A stretch of DNA of 64,000 nt from Acidobacteriota bacterium (GTDB lineage: Bacteria > Acidobacteriota > Vicinamibacteria > Vicinamibacterales > JAKQTR01), in contig JAPKZQ010000029.1 of assembly GCA_026393675.1 (NCBI GenBank), forward strand, positions 6,108 to 70,107, written 5' to 3'. Of the stretch, positions 47,065 through 56,058 are shown one piece after another. The first letter of the stretch is position 1. The number at the start of each line of letters is the position of its first letter. The position numbers and the translations under genes were made by a program. The notes below the pieces were generated by a model, which saw nothing but the letters and a program-made list of their open reading frames with translations, did not search any database and was not told the origin of the DNA.

Positions 47065-47890
47065 CAGTCGATTCAGACGACACGATCGCGAACCTGTCGA
47101 GGTGCCGAAGCCCCGGCCGAGGCCCCGGCGTCCACGTGCACCAGAGCACCCGAACCACGAACGCTGGCTGGTGTCCTACGCCGACTTCATCACGCTGCTG
47201 TTCGCCGTGTTTGCGATGATGTACGCGTTGTCGGTCGTCGATGCGAAGAAGTTCGCGGCGCTCGCCCAGTCCCTACGGTCGGCGTTCAACGAGACGACAC
47301 CCGCCGACCTGCACGCCGTAGGCACCGTGCTCATCAATGACAGGAACAACCCGCCATCGGCCAAGAAGCCTGGCGCCGGAGGCCTCGTCGATCTGGCCGA
47401 GGTGCGTGCCCAACTGCAACAGCGGCTCGCGAAAGCGATCGGCGCGAACCAGGTCGACATGGAAATGGACCACCGGGGGCTGGTGATCTCGATTCGCGAA
47501 GCGGGGTCGTTTGCCACCAGCCGGGCAGAACTCTCGGCGACGGCGCACGACATCCTGGCCGAGATCGGGCTCGCGCTCGCCAATGTGGGAAACAGCGTGA
47601 GAATCGAGGGGCACACCGACGATGTGCCCATCCACTCGGACCGGTTCGCGTCGAACTGGGAGTTGTCGACCGCACGGGCCACGACCGTCGTCCGCTTCAT
47701 GCTCGAACGCGCCGGGCTCCAGCCGAAACGACTGTCGGCTGCCGGTTACGCCGAGTACATGCCGCGTGTTCCGGGCGTGTCGGATGCCGCCCGTGCGCGG
47801 AATCGACGCGTCGATCTCATCGTGCTCAGCCCGCCGACGCAGGCGGCCGAAGAGCCCGTCGCCATGACGAGCCGGCCGCCCACACCGTAG
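47018..47890 (+). CDS. motB: Flagellar motor stator protein MotB (plug/TM plus OmpA-like peptidoglycan-binding domain)
   Basis: ERWLVSYADFITLLFAVFAMMYALS TM with the conserved Asp. C-terminal OmpA-like region (VRIEGHTDDVPIHSDRFASNWELSTARA). The start may instead be the GTG at 47057, which overlaps the motA stop by 8 nt. Confidence 0.8.
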   Translation: MPPRSRPNKRNHIVHSSRFRRHDREPVEVPKPRPRPRRPRAPEHPNHERWLVSYADFITLLFAVFAMMYALSVVDAKKFAALAQSLRSAFNETTPADLHAVGTVLINDRNNPPSAKKPGAGGLVDLAEVRAQLQQRLAKAIGANQVDMEMDHRGLVISIREAGSFATSRAELSATAHDILAEIGLALANVGNSVRIEGHTDDVPIHSDRFASNWELSTARATTVVRFMLERAGLQPKRLSAAGYAEYMPRVPGVSDAARARNRRVDLIVLSPPTQAAEEPVAMTSRPPTP

Positions 47891-47916
47891 ATCACCCGGG
47901 GTGCCGGTCCTGAATG

Positions 47917-47986
47917 CCGGGTCTGACCGTCCTCACCAAGGTTACGGCGGTCCGCCGAAGCGGCACGCGAAGGCGGAAGACCCGGC
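47917..47986 (+). repeat. Dispersed MITE/REP-like element, copy D
   Basis: GCCGGGTCTGACCGTCC...GGTTACGGCGGTCCGCCGAAGCGGCACGCGAAGGCGGAAGACCCGGC; sits between the convergent motB and FAD-oxidoreductase genes. Confidence 0.8.
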
Positions 47987-47995
47987 GGGGGCGTG

Positions 47996-49630
47996 TCAGA
48001 TCGACGAGGCGTGGGCGACGTGGTGGCGCCGCAGGACGCGTTCGGCGGCCCGGACGCCTCGGTACTGCGCTTCCTCGAACAACGAGAGCCCGCTGAGATC
48101 CGAATGCGCGAAGTGGAGCGGGCCGTCAAGCGCGGCCACCCGCTGCCTCGCCTCGCCCCACACAAAGCCGGGTCGCGGGCAAATCATGGCGTGTCCCCAC
48201 AACATCATGTCGAGGTTGGTGACGAGCGACGCGATCTCGGGATGCGGACGCGACAGGTCCTCGATCATGAAGTCGGCCCAGCCCTCCCAACCGCGAGAGA
48301 GCAGCAGCGTCCGCGCATCCGAGGCCGGCCGGCCGGCCAGCGCGTGGTAGAAGGTCAGCACCGTCTCGCGTGGCCTGCTCTGCAGGCTCTGGTGGGTCGC
48401 CACCACGTACCCGAGCGTCGGGCTCTTGTAGATGACGTTGTCCCACGCGATCGGCACGCCGGCTCGTGCCGTCGGAAACGCACGGAGCGTCAGGTTGGCG
48501 ACCAGCCACGGCGCGTAGTCGAACTGGGCGAGGTCGTGCCGGACCTCCGCCTGGAGCGTCGGGACGATGTAGTTCGCAAATGACGACGGACACGCCAGGA
48601 TGACATCGTCGGCCACCAGCCTGGTGGTGACGCGATCCCGGGCGTTGTACGTGTCGACGGTGGCGCCGGTGCCGGTGGGCGTGATGCGGAACACGAGCGC
48701 GTCGCGCGTCACGTGACGCGCCAGCGAGTGCGCGAGGCGAGTGACGATCCAGCCAATGCCCTCCGGCCAGGTCAGCAGCGTGGTCTCCGACACCCTTGCG
48801 CTCTCACCCTCGCGACTCGCGAAGTAGTGCACGCCGGCCCACGCCGACACGTCACTCGAGTAACTGCCGTAATCATCGCGACAGCAGTAATCCACGTACC
48901 AGTGCAGCGCCGGGGCATCGAGCTTCTGTTCGAGGAGAAAGTCGCGCATCGACATCCGATCGAGCGCGATCAGATCAGGCTCACGCGCACTCATCTCCAT
49001 CGGAATCGCGAACGCCGGCCGGCCATCGGCATCGCGCCGGTCGCGGTAGCCGGCGACCAGATCCCTGAACCGATCCAGCTGATCACGTTCCCGGCGGCTG
49101 ATGCCCAACGTGGGCACGAGACCGTCCTGCCACTTGCCGTTGATGTAGAGCCGTTCCTCCGGGGCACCGCAGACGAACGTCTCCTCGTAGATCGGTTTGC
49201 CCGAGGTGTCGTAGCCCTGGATGATGCCGAGCTCCTGGAACAGTTCCCGGACGGCGCGTGACTCGCGCGTGGGAAACGGCACGTAGTGGGCGCCCCACGG
49301 GAACGCGCTCACGGCGTTTCGCCCCGAGCGCGCGTTGCCGCCGGCGTCAGCTTCAAGTTCCAGAATCTCGAAGTCCGTGAACCCGGACTTGCGGAGCTTC
49401 CAGCCCGCCGACAGGCCTGCGACGCCGCCGCCCACGATGACCACCGGCACGCGCCGCTCGGCATACGGTGCCGGCAGGCCGCCCTGCCTGAGCAGATGTC
49501 CCACGCTCTCGCTCGCGCCCACGATGCGCCCGTCGAAGGCGAATCGCCGGCCTGACGATCGTGTGCATCCCGACACGGCCAGGGAGGCCGCGACACCAGC
49601 TGAACCGATCAGGAATTGTCGTCTCTTCAT
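47996..49630 (-). CDS. Tat-signal, lipobox-bearing FAD/NAD(P)-binding oxidoreductase (flavin amine oxidase-like Rossmann protein)
   Basis: MKRRQFLIGSAGVAASLAVSGC (twin-arginine motif plus lipobox) followed by the dinucleotide-binding motif VVIVGGGVAGLSAG...ELEADAGGNARS. Last gene of the speH operon. Confidence 0.7.
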   Translation of the reverse strand: MKRRQFLIGSAGVAASLAVSGCTRSSGRRFAFDGRIVGASESVGHLLRQGGLPAPYAERRVPVVIVGGGVAGLSAGWKLRKSGFTDFEILELEADAGGNARSGRNAVSAFPWGAHYVPFPTRESRAVRELFQELGIIQGYDTSGKPIYEETFVCGAPEERLYINGKWQDGLVPTLGISRRERDQLDRFRDLVAGYRDRRDADGRPAFAIPMEMSAREPDLIALDRMSMRDFLLEQKLDAPALHWYVDYCCRDDYGSYSSDVSAWAGVHYFASREGESARVSETTLLTWPEGIGWIVTRLAHSLARHVTRDALVFRITPTGTGATVDTYNARDRVTTRLVADDVILACPSSFANYIVPTLQAEVRHDLAQFDYAPWLVANLTLRAFPTARAGVPIAWDNVIYKSPTLGYVVATHQSLQSRPRETVLTFYHALAGRPASDARTLLLSRGWEGWADFMIEDLSRPHPEIASLVTNLDMMLWGHAMICPRPGFVWGEARQRVAALDGPLHFAHSDLSGLSLFEEAQYRGVRAAERVLRRHHVAHASSI

Positions 49631-49663
49631 CGGGTCGCGCGGCTGTTGGGGGCCGCAGGCCTC

Positions 49664-51160
49664 CTACTGGGTGACCTGGTGCCACTCGGCATCGTAGTAC
49701 TGAACCAGGATCTGATTGTCGAGCCGGTTCACCTCGACGGCCACCGGCTGCATGTCCGGCGGAAACAGGAACAGCTGCCGCAGGACGTCGACGGTCAGGA
49801 ACCGCAGCCCCGGCGGCATCGTCGCTGGCACCTGGTACGGCCGTCGCGACGCCATCACGAAGCCCCATTCGCCAAACGACGGGACGTAGACGTGGTACGG
49901 GAACACGGACAGGCCGACCGATTCGATGGTCCTGACAATGCACCAGTAGGACTTCCTGGCGAAGAGCGGCGACGTCGACTGCACCACGATGATGCCCTGG
50001 CTCGACAGGTGGCGCTCGAGCAGGCGGTAGAACGCGGTCGTGTAGAGCTTGCCGATGGAGTGGTTGGTGGGATCGGGGAAGTCCACCACGACGAAATCGT
50101 AGAACCCGGGATCCGATTGCAGCCAGATGAAGGCATCCGCGTTGATGACCTTGACGCGAGGGTCGGCAAACGCGCCCTGGTTCAATGCCCGAAGTGCCTT
50201 GTGTGAGGTGAACAGCTTTGTCACCTCCGCGTCGAGGTCGACCAGCGTGATCGCGCCGACGTCCGGCCGCTTGACGATTTCCCGCAGGGCGAGCCCGTCG
50301 CCGCCGCCCAGCACGAGCACCTGCGTCGGGCGCGCCAGGGCCTGAAGCCCGGGATGCACGAGGGCTTCGTGGTAGCGGTACTCGTCCTTCGAACTGAACT
50401 GCAGGTGCCCGCCGAGGAAGAGCCGGATGTCATCCTGCCAGCGTGTGACGATGATGCGCTGATAGGGGGTGGTTTTGGCGAGGATGATCTCGTCGGCGTA
50501 GAGACCCTGTTCGGCGTAGGTGGTGATCTGATCGGCGAGCCCAAAGCCGCCGGCGAGCACGACGATCGCCACCACGCACTGGCCGGTCAACGCGCGCACG
50601 CCCGGCAGGTCGCGGCGGAACATCCAGGCCGTGGCGAGCGCCACCACCGCGTTCAGCAGCCCGAACAGCAGGCACGTTCGTACCAGGCCAAGCTTCGGGC
50701 CGAGCAGCAGCGGAAACAACAGCGACGCCACGAGCGCACCCAGGTAGTCGAACGTCAGCACCTGCGACACCAGGTCTTTGAACTGGATGCGCGACTTCAG
50801 AATCCGCAGGAGCAGCGGGATCTCGAGGCCGACCAGGATGCCGACGGCGATCACGAAGGAGAACAGCACGAGGCGCAGCGAGCCGAGATAGGAGAACGCC
50901 AGGAACATTGAGGCCGCCGAAAACCCGCCGACCAACCCCACGGCGATCTCAATCTGAATGAAGCGCGTGATGAGCCCGCGGCCGATGAACCGCGAGAGGT
51001 ACGAACCCACCCCCATCGCGAACAGGTACGTGCCGATGATCGTGGAGAACTGCGTGATCGAGTCACCCAGCAGGTAACTGGCCAGCGCGCCCGACACGAG
51101 CTCGTAGACGAGCCCGCACGACGCGATGGCGAACACCGAGAGCAACAGGGCGTAGGTCAC
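49664..51160 (-). CDS. Membrane-fused spermidine synthase-like aminopropyltransferase (N-terminal about 7-TM domain plus C-terminal SpeE-like methyltransferase fold)
   Basis: Polytopic N-terminus. C-terminal VLVLGGGDGLALREIVKRP....ITLVDLDAEV...FDFVVVDFPDP matches the spermidine/spermine synthase signature. GTG start overlaps the DUF350 stop (TAGTG). Confidence 0.85.
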   Translation of the reverse strand: MTYALLLSVFAIASCGLVYELVSGALASYLLGDSITQFSTIIGTYLFAMGVGSYLSRFIGRGLITRFIQIEIAVGLVGGFSAASMFLAFSYLGSLRLVLFSFVIAVGILVGLEIPLLLRILKSRIQFKDLVSQVLTFDYLGALVASLLFPLLLGPKLGLVRTCLLFGLLNAVVALATAWMFRRDLPGVRALTGQCVVAIVVLAGGFGLADQITTYAEQGLYADEIILAKTTPYQRIIVTRWQDDIRLFLGGHLQFSSKDEYRYHEALVHPGLQALARPTQVLVLGGGDGLALREIVKRPDVGAITLVDLDAEVTKLFTSHKALRALNQGAFADPRVKVINADAFIWLQSDPGFYDFVVVDFPDPTNHSIGKLYTTAFYRLLERHLSSQGIIVVQSTSPLFARKSYWCIVRTIESVGLSVFPYHVYVPSFGEWGFVMASRRPYQVPATMPPGLRFLTVDVLRQLFLFPPDMQPVAVEVNRLDNQILVQYYDAEWHQVTQ

Positions 51161-51378
51161 TACCCGTGGATCGCGGCCGCGATGATGACGCAGATGCCGA
51201 GCGACATCGCGCCGACGACAATCGCCAGGGCCACGTTGTGGTCGTCAATGATCTCCTTCCACAAGTGGTAGGGCGTCAGTCGATCGATCACGACAAACGA
51301 CAGCCAGAAGACGATGATGCCGAGGAAGGCGTAGACCACGGCATTAGCGACCGCGGCGAGGGGGGTGATGCCAGTCAT
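51160..51378 (-). CDS. DUF350-like small membrane protein (72 aa, two TM)
   Basis: MTGITPLAAVANAVVYAFLGIIVFWLSFVVIDRLTPYHLWKEIIDDHNVALAIVVGAMSLGICVIIAAAIHG. The family assignment is from memory of DUF350 proteins adjacent to SpeE-like genes. Confidence 0.55.
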   Translation of the reverse strand: MTGITPLAAVANAVVYAFLGIIVFWLSFVVIDRLTPYHLWKEIIDDHNVALAIVVGAMSLGICVIIAAAIHG

Positions 51379-51409
51379 AGGGTTGTCCTCACGGAAGCGT
51401 GACCGCCGT

Positions 51410-51586
51410 TCACTTGTGATAGTAGCGCTGGTACACCGTGCGATACGCGCCCGGGTTGTCCCGGATCGACTTCGGCACGTTCTTGACCTCGTCGTAACTG
51501 GTGAGGCTCCAGCCGGTGTAGTTGGCCCAGCCCAGCAGCCCCAGCACGACCGCGCCGTACGTCAGAAATGCCCCAATGCGTCTCAC
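51410..51586 (-). CDS. Hypothetical 58-aa membrane micro-protein
   Basis: GTG start preceded by GGGAGAGGG, 17 nt after the upstream stop. Encodes VRRIGAFLTYGAVVLGLLGWANYTGWSLTSYDEVKNVPKSIRDNPGAYRTVYQRYYHK. Confidence 0.3.
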   Translation of the reverse strand: MRRIGAFLTYGAVVLGLLGWANYTGWSLTSYDEVKNVPKSIRDNPGAYRTVYQRYYHK

Positions 51587-51603
51587 GTGCCCTCTCCCGT
51601 CCG

Positions 51604-52926
51604 CTATTGCGAAAAGTACGCGGCTCTGCCCGATTCTTCCGCACGGCTGCTTTCCGCCCACCGCTGCGTTTCGAACGACCGGCTCCTGAGCCAGAAGATC
51701 ATCGGGTAGATGCTCAGGGCGACCAGCGCGACCGGCAGGAACCAGTACCTCGGCACGTCACGATAGACCCTGACGATGTATCCCACTGGAGGCGTATCCG
51801 AGTCCGGTTCAATCCGAAGATAGTACTGGCCCGCTGGCACGCTCGGCAGGACCGCTTCATCCGATCGTCCTCCCTCGGACCACGACTCGCCTCCCTCGAC
51901 ACCACGGTAGTAGCTGACCTCGCGGCCGAAGTCGTACGCCTGGCCGCTGTCGAGATTGATGAGGGCCATGCTGAGGTAGATCCACTTGTTCTCTACGTCG
52001 GCCGTGGTCTCGACGACGACGTTGGACGCGTGACCGGTCAGTGGGAAGGGCTCAGTGACCAGCGCCTTACCCCGTTCCTCCTGCGTGAACGTGTACGCCT
52101 GCTCGAAGACCTTGCGGTTTTGCGCCAGCGCGCAACTGGCCATCTGGACAATGACCGCCGCCGCGGCAAGGCCGGCAAAGGCCCGGCCGATCCCCTTCGC
52201 CTTCGCTGAGTGCGGCGAGGGCTGATTGGCGTAGACGCCAATCCGCGTGGGTATCGCGCCTTTGAGGCCAAAGGCCTGCGCCACCGCCTCGGGTTCGACG
52301 TACTCACCCAGCGACCACGTGGTCTCTTCCTTGGTCTTCTCCTTGCTCAGCATGAGCGGAGGCATCACGTAGTCGGAGACAAAGGCCTTTTCGCCCACTG
52401 ACACGCGCCAGTAGAATTCGCCGAGGACGTAAGTGACCCGGGCTTCCGCGGTCTGGAAGAGGTTGAACGTGCTGCCGAGATAGGTCACCGTCTGATTGAC
52501 GCCGTCCTCGGGCTGTCCCGTGGTCGTCTTCACGTCGTTCCAGTGGCCGTTGTACTCGGTGAGCCAGCGGAAACCCTTGTAGGGATTGAACAGCAGGTAC
52601 TCACTCCACTCGTAGTCGGTCCCCTCGACGGTGATCGCCCGGCACATGAAGCCGATGACCTCGTACGGATCGCCGCGCAGGGCGCCGCGCGTGCCGAGCG
52701 GGATGACGGGATGGCGCTTGACGTGGGCATCGAACGTCGAGATGACGCGCAGGTCGTCGCTCGAGATGTCGACCACCGACCCGCACGATGTGCAGACAAT
52801 CGTCGTGGTCTGGCCCAGTCCGCGGACCTCGAGCCGGCCGGCGCACTTTGGACACTGGAGCGCGCGGATCGACGGCGCCTGGGCCGTCGCGAGTGGCGAT
52901 GGGCCGCGAGGGGTGTTACCAGCCAT
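51604..52926 (-). CDS. Zinc-ribbon plus DUF4178-like domain protein with a C-terminal membrane/TM region
   Basis: N-terminal CPKC...CTSC zinc ribbon. Aromatic-rich domain (GDPYEVIGFMCRAITVEGTDYEWSEYLLFNPYKGFRWLTEYNGHW) resembling DUF4178. Hydrophobic segments near the C-terminus. Confidence 0.5.
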   Translation of the reverse strand: MAGNTPRGPSPLATAQAPSIRALQCPKCAGRLEVRGLGQTTTIVCTSCGSVVDISSDDLRVISTFDAHVKRHPVIPLGTRGALRGDPYEVIGFMCRAITVEGTDYEWSEYLLFNPYKGFRWLTEYNGHWNDVKTTTGQPEDGVNQTVTYLGSTFNLFQTAEARVTYVLGEFYWRVSVGEKAFVSDYVMPPLMLSKEKTKEETTWSLGEYVEPEAVAQAFGLKGAIPTRIGVYANQPSPHSAKAKGIGRAFAGLAAAAVIVQMASCALAQNRKVFEQAYTFTQEERGKALVTEPFPLTGHASNVVVETTADVENKWIYLSMALINLDSGQAYDFGREVSYYRGVEGGESWSEGGRSDEAVLPSVPAGQYYLRIEPDSDTPPVGYIVRVYRDVPRYWFLPVALVALSIYPMIFWLRSRSFETQRWAESSRAEESGRAAYFSQ

Positions 52927-53548
52927 CGATCTGTCTCAATCCGGACAGCCTGAGCGCGTCAAACTCCACGTACGTGCCGAGAAACACGATCGGCGGATCC
53001 TCGCTGTAGTCGAGCGTGGCACATGCCGGCCCGGCGCCCGTCAGATCCGCGACCGGGGCTTCGTACCCCCCGCCAATCACAAAGGGCAGTTCGCCTTCGC
53101 CCGCCACGCAGACACCGCGCTCAACATCGGTGACCCGGAACGCGCGTCGGTCCAGCAGCACCTGCTGACCAGGTTGCAGTGTGTCAAACGGCGGGATAGG
53201 CTCCAGAACAGGCGTCGCGAACGACACGGCCAGCGTGCCCTGTGCCTCCCCCAGCCACCCGCTTCGCGCGTCGTCAAAGAGCAGGTGCCACTCGTTCCAC
53301 AGGCCGTGGTCGTAGCGGAGTTGGATGCGGCCGACCGTCGTGAAGTGCACGGACCCGTACCAGCCCTGGACGCCCAACTGGAACGGCGAGCCGTCCATCT
53401 GCAGTTCCGCCATGCGTCCCAGATTCTCCACGTCCAGATCTTTGCGGAGAATCGTGGAGCGGCAGTACGCGCAGACGGCCAGAATCGAGATCGACGACTG
53501 GAAGGTGTTCGGTCCGCCGCAGGTGGGACACGCAAAGCTGCGGCTCAT
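52916..53548 (-). CDS. Zinc-ribbon plus DUF4178-like domain protein (210 aa)
   Basis: MSRSFACPTCGG...CAYC zinc ribbon, then DGSPFQLGVQGWYGSVHFTTVGRIQLRYDHGLWNEWHLLFDDARSGWL, paralogous to the following gene. The ATG at 53548 overlaps the speH stop (ATGA). Confidence 0.5.
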   Translation of the reverse strand: MSRSFACPTCGGPNTFQSSISILAVCAYCRSTILRKDLDVENLGRMAELQMDGSPFQLGVQGWYGSVHFTTVGRIQLRYDHGLWNEWHLLFDDARSGWLGEAQGTLAVSFATPVLEPIPPFDTLQPGQQVLLDRRAFRVTDVERGVCVAGEGELPFVIGGGYEAPVADLTGAGPACATLDYSEDPPIVFLGTYVEFDALRLSGLRQIDGW

Positions 53549-53946
53549 CGCGGGATGACTCCACTGCCCGAGCGGTCCGACGCCAGCGACCGATCCGCTG
53601 CGGCACCGTAGTCGCGTTCGCACTGCGTCACCCGCACCGAACAGTGCCCGAGCGAGACCGCCAGCAATGATGGCCAGTCGGGGCACGCGCGAGGTGTGCA
53701 GCAGAAGAGATTCACGCTGGCGGATGCGAACTCGGGGAACGTGTGAATGGTGAGGTGCGACTCCTGCAGCATCCACACGGCCGTTACGCCGCCGGTCGTC
53801 GGAAACTGATGCCACGCCGGGCGTCCGATCGGCCGCAGCCCCATGCGATCGACGATGGTCTCGAACAGGCTCACCATCGCGTGCGGATCCCGCAGTGGCG
53901 GCACCTCGCACTCCGATACGTCGATCAGCCACTCCACGCCGTTCAC
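53545..53946 (-). CDS. speH: S-adenosylmethionine decarboxylase proenzyme, small prokaryotic class (pyruvoyl-dependent)
   Basis: LQESHLTIHTFPEFASASVNLFCCT aligns with the conserved (I/L)SESH(L/I)(T/S)IHTWPE autoprocessing/active-site region of bacterial AdoMetDC; length about 130 aa. Confidence 0.85.
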   Translation of the reverse strand: MNGVEWLIDVSECEVPPLRDPHAMVSLFETIVDRMGLRPIGRPAWHQFPTTGGVTAVWMLQESHLTIHTFPEFASASVNLFCCTPRACPDWPSLLAVSLGHCSVRVTQCERDYGAAADRSLASDRSGSGVIPR

Positions 53947-54208
53947 GCCTGGTGCGCCCCCTTGCCCACGGCCCCTGTGCCGGCCGCTGGTACACGTCTC
54001 CCGCGAGGGGGCAGAGGTGGGCGGCCATCAAAAAACGAGGAACACTTATACCCTACGGGATCGCGACTGACGGATCAACAGATTTCAAGCCCTGAGCTCA
54101 CCTCGGTGGTGGACGGTTGCGGAAGGTTGTGCCCTTGTGTCACGGCCTCAGAGGAGGCCGCCTGGTGCGCAACTCAACTCAGGTCGAAGGGTGGATGCCG
54201 GGTCGGAT

Positions 54209-55648
54209 CTACGAATCGGCTGGGGGGCACGGAAAAGCCACCGTCACGCGCGTGCCCCGGCCCGGAGTGCTGTCGACGGCGATGGCGCCCCCTGTCGCGT
54301 GCGCGACGCCGAGCACCGCAGGGAGGCCCATGCCACGGCCCAGGAACTTCGTGGAGAAGAAGGGGTCGAAGATGCGACTGATGGTCTCGGCCTCCATGCC
54401 CACGCCCTGATCCTCCACCGACAGGCACACGTACCGTCCGGGCGCGATGCGCTCGCCGGCAACCCACGGGCGGGGGTCGCTGGCGGCGACGTCTTCGATG
54501 CGGGTGCGCACGCTCGCACGCCCTGGTCGATCGGCCATGGCTTCGGCGGCGTTGGTCACGAGGCTGGTCAGCACCTGCTGAATCTGCTGCCGATCCGCCC
54601 GAATCAGGGCGCTGCCGGACGCCAGATCGAGGTCAAATATTGCCGCCGGCGGCATCAGGGCTCTGATAAACGCGGCTCGTTCGCGTATCTCGTCATTCAG
54701 ATCGAATACCGTGAATCTGACAAGCGTCCCGCGTCCTGCGTAGACGAGCAGTTGGGCGGTCAGATTGGAGGCGCGCTCGCTCGCGTGCACGACCGACTGC
54801 AAGCAACCGCGCGCCGGGCCGTCGGCTGGCACGTCCTCGAGGGCCAGCGCCGTGCTGGTGAGCACGATCTGCAGCAGGTTATTGAATTCGTGCGCGATGC
54901 CCGCCGCCAGCGTGACGATGCGGTCGGATTCGCGACCGCGTTTGAGCGCCTCTTCCGTGCGCTTCTCCTCGGTGATGTCCCGCGCCACGCCGACCAGCGC
55001 GACGGGCGCGCCGGCGTCGTCGCGCACGATTGAGGTTGAGAGGAAGATCTGGAAGTCGGTGCCGTCCTTCTTCCGGTTCCACAGTTCGCCCCGCCAGCCG
55101 CCCCGCAGCGTTGCCGGGAAGACCTCGAGCGCCACCTCTTCACGGTTCTTGTCCGACCGCACGACCGCGATCGGCCGACCGAGCAGGTCGGATTCCTCGA
55201 ATCCATAGGTGTCGAGGAACGCCTTGTTGACGAAGATGACCCGATCGTTCATGTCGGTGACGCTGACGCACTCGCCGACCGATCGGACCGTGTGCGCGAG
55301 CATGTGAATGTGCTGCTGTGCGTGCCGGCGCTCGACGGCCTCCACGACGATGCGGTCGTGCAGCACGTCGCGCCGCCGAAGAATCACGTAGCCGGCAAGC
55401 GCGACGGCCACGCCGGAAAAGACGACGGTGATGATGTGGGATTCCCAGACCGTGATGTCAGGGTGCAGCCACTGTTTGCCGAGCTCCAGAACCAGCATGA
55501 CCCCGGCGACCCCGACGGCCAGCGCGGTGACTTCGATGGCCCGCCGACCTGCACGTGCCTCTGGTGGTCGGTCGATCGCCCTTTCGGCAGACCGGTTGGG
55601 GCCCGTCGACAGCGGACGATCCGAAAGCACAGGAGCAGATTTCGCCAT
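54209..55648 (-). CDS. PAS-domain sensor histidine kinase (two TM, PAS, HisKA, HATPase)
   Basis: TM helices; PAS (VSVTDMNDRVIFVNKAFLDTYGF...GVARDITEEKRTEEAL); H-box IAHEFNNLLQ; HATPase DQGVGM and GMGLPAV. Confidence 0.85.
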   Translation of the reverse strand: MAKSAPVLSDRPLSTGPNRSAERAIDRPPEARAGRRAIEVTALAVGVAGVMLVLELGKQWLHPDITVWESHIITVVFSGVAVALAGYVILRRRDVLHDRIVVEAVERRHAQQHIHMLAHTVRSVGECVSVTDMNDRVIFVNKAFLDTYGFEESDLLGRPIAVVRSDKNREEVALEVFPATLRGGWRGELWNRKKDGTDFQIFLSTSIVRDDAGAPVALVGVARDITEEKRTEEALKRGRESDRIVTLAAGIAHEFNNLLQIVLTSTALALEDVPADGPARGCLQSVVHASERASNLTAQLLVYAGRGTLVRFTVFDLNDEIRERAAFIRALMPPAAIFDLDLASGSALIRADRQQIQQVLTSLVTNAAEAMADRPGRASVRTRIEDVAASDPRPWVAGERIAPGRYVCLSVEDQGVGMEAETISRIFDPFFSTKFLGRGMGLPAVLGVAHATGGAIAVDSTPGRGTRVTVAFPCPPADS

Positions 55649-55946
55649 GAAACTGGAGCGAGGTGGGACAGCCCACAATCAGCGTTGTGACACCATGCTC
55701 CCGCAGCGGGAACATGAAGTCAAGGCCGCCGGTCCGAATACATCAGCGGATCGTGTCGAGCCTGCTACCCTGAACCTTGACACCGGCCGATAAGCAACGC
55801 AGCCCTCACCGTGGAGGTCCAACTGCGAGGCGACCAATGCGGCGATTCGTTGACTGTGGTAAAAAAACAACAGATGCGGGTGACAGGACCGTGGTTCGAG
55901 AGCCACAGTTGAGCCTGCAACACGAAAGATCCAGAGCGCGTAGAAT

Positions 55947-55979
55947 TATATAAGTTGTTGAACTACAATTACTTATATC
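55947..55979. promoter_or_regulatory. AT-rich palindrome TATATAAGT-N15-ACTTATATA in the divergent HK/lpxC intergenic region
   Basis: Perfect 9-bp inverted arms embedded in the only strongly AT-rich stretch (55930-55990) of this high-GC window, about 80 bp upstream of the lpxC start. Confidence 0.4.
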
Positions 55980-56058
55980 AGCTGATGACGTTTAGACCAT
56001 TTCGGTATGCGGATTGCTCTCTCCCGCGTGGTCCATCCCAGGGACCAGCGAGCGAATA

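Noticed and set aside
51410-51661. Full 83-aa ORF as given in the track
   Set aside because: Its 5' part overlaps the upstream DUF4178 gene's 3' end. An internal GTG with a strong GGGAGAGGG RBS gives a non-overlapping 58-aa product, which I annotated with low confidence instead.
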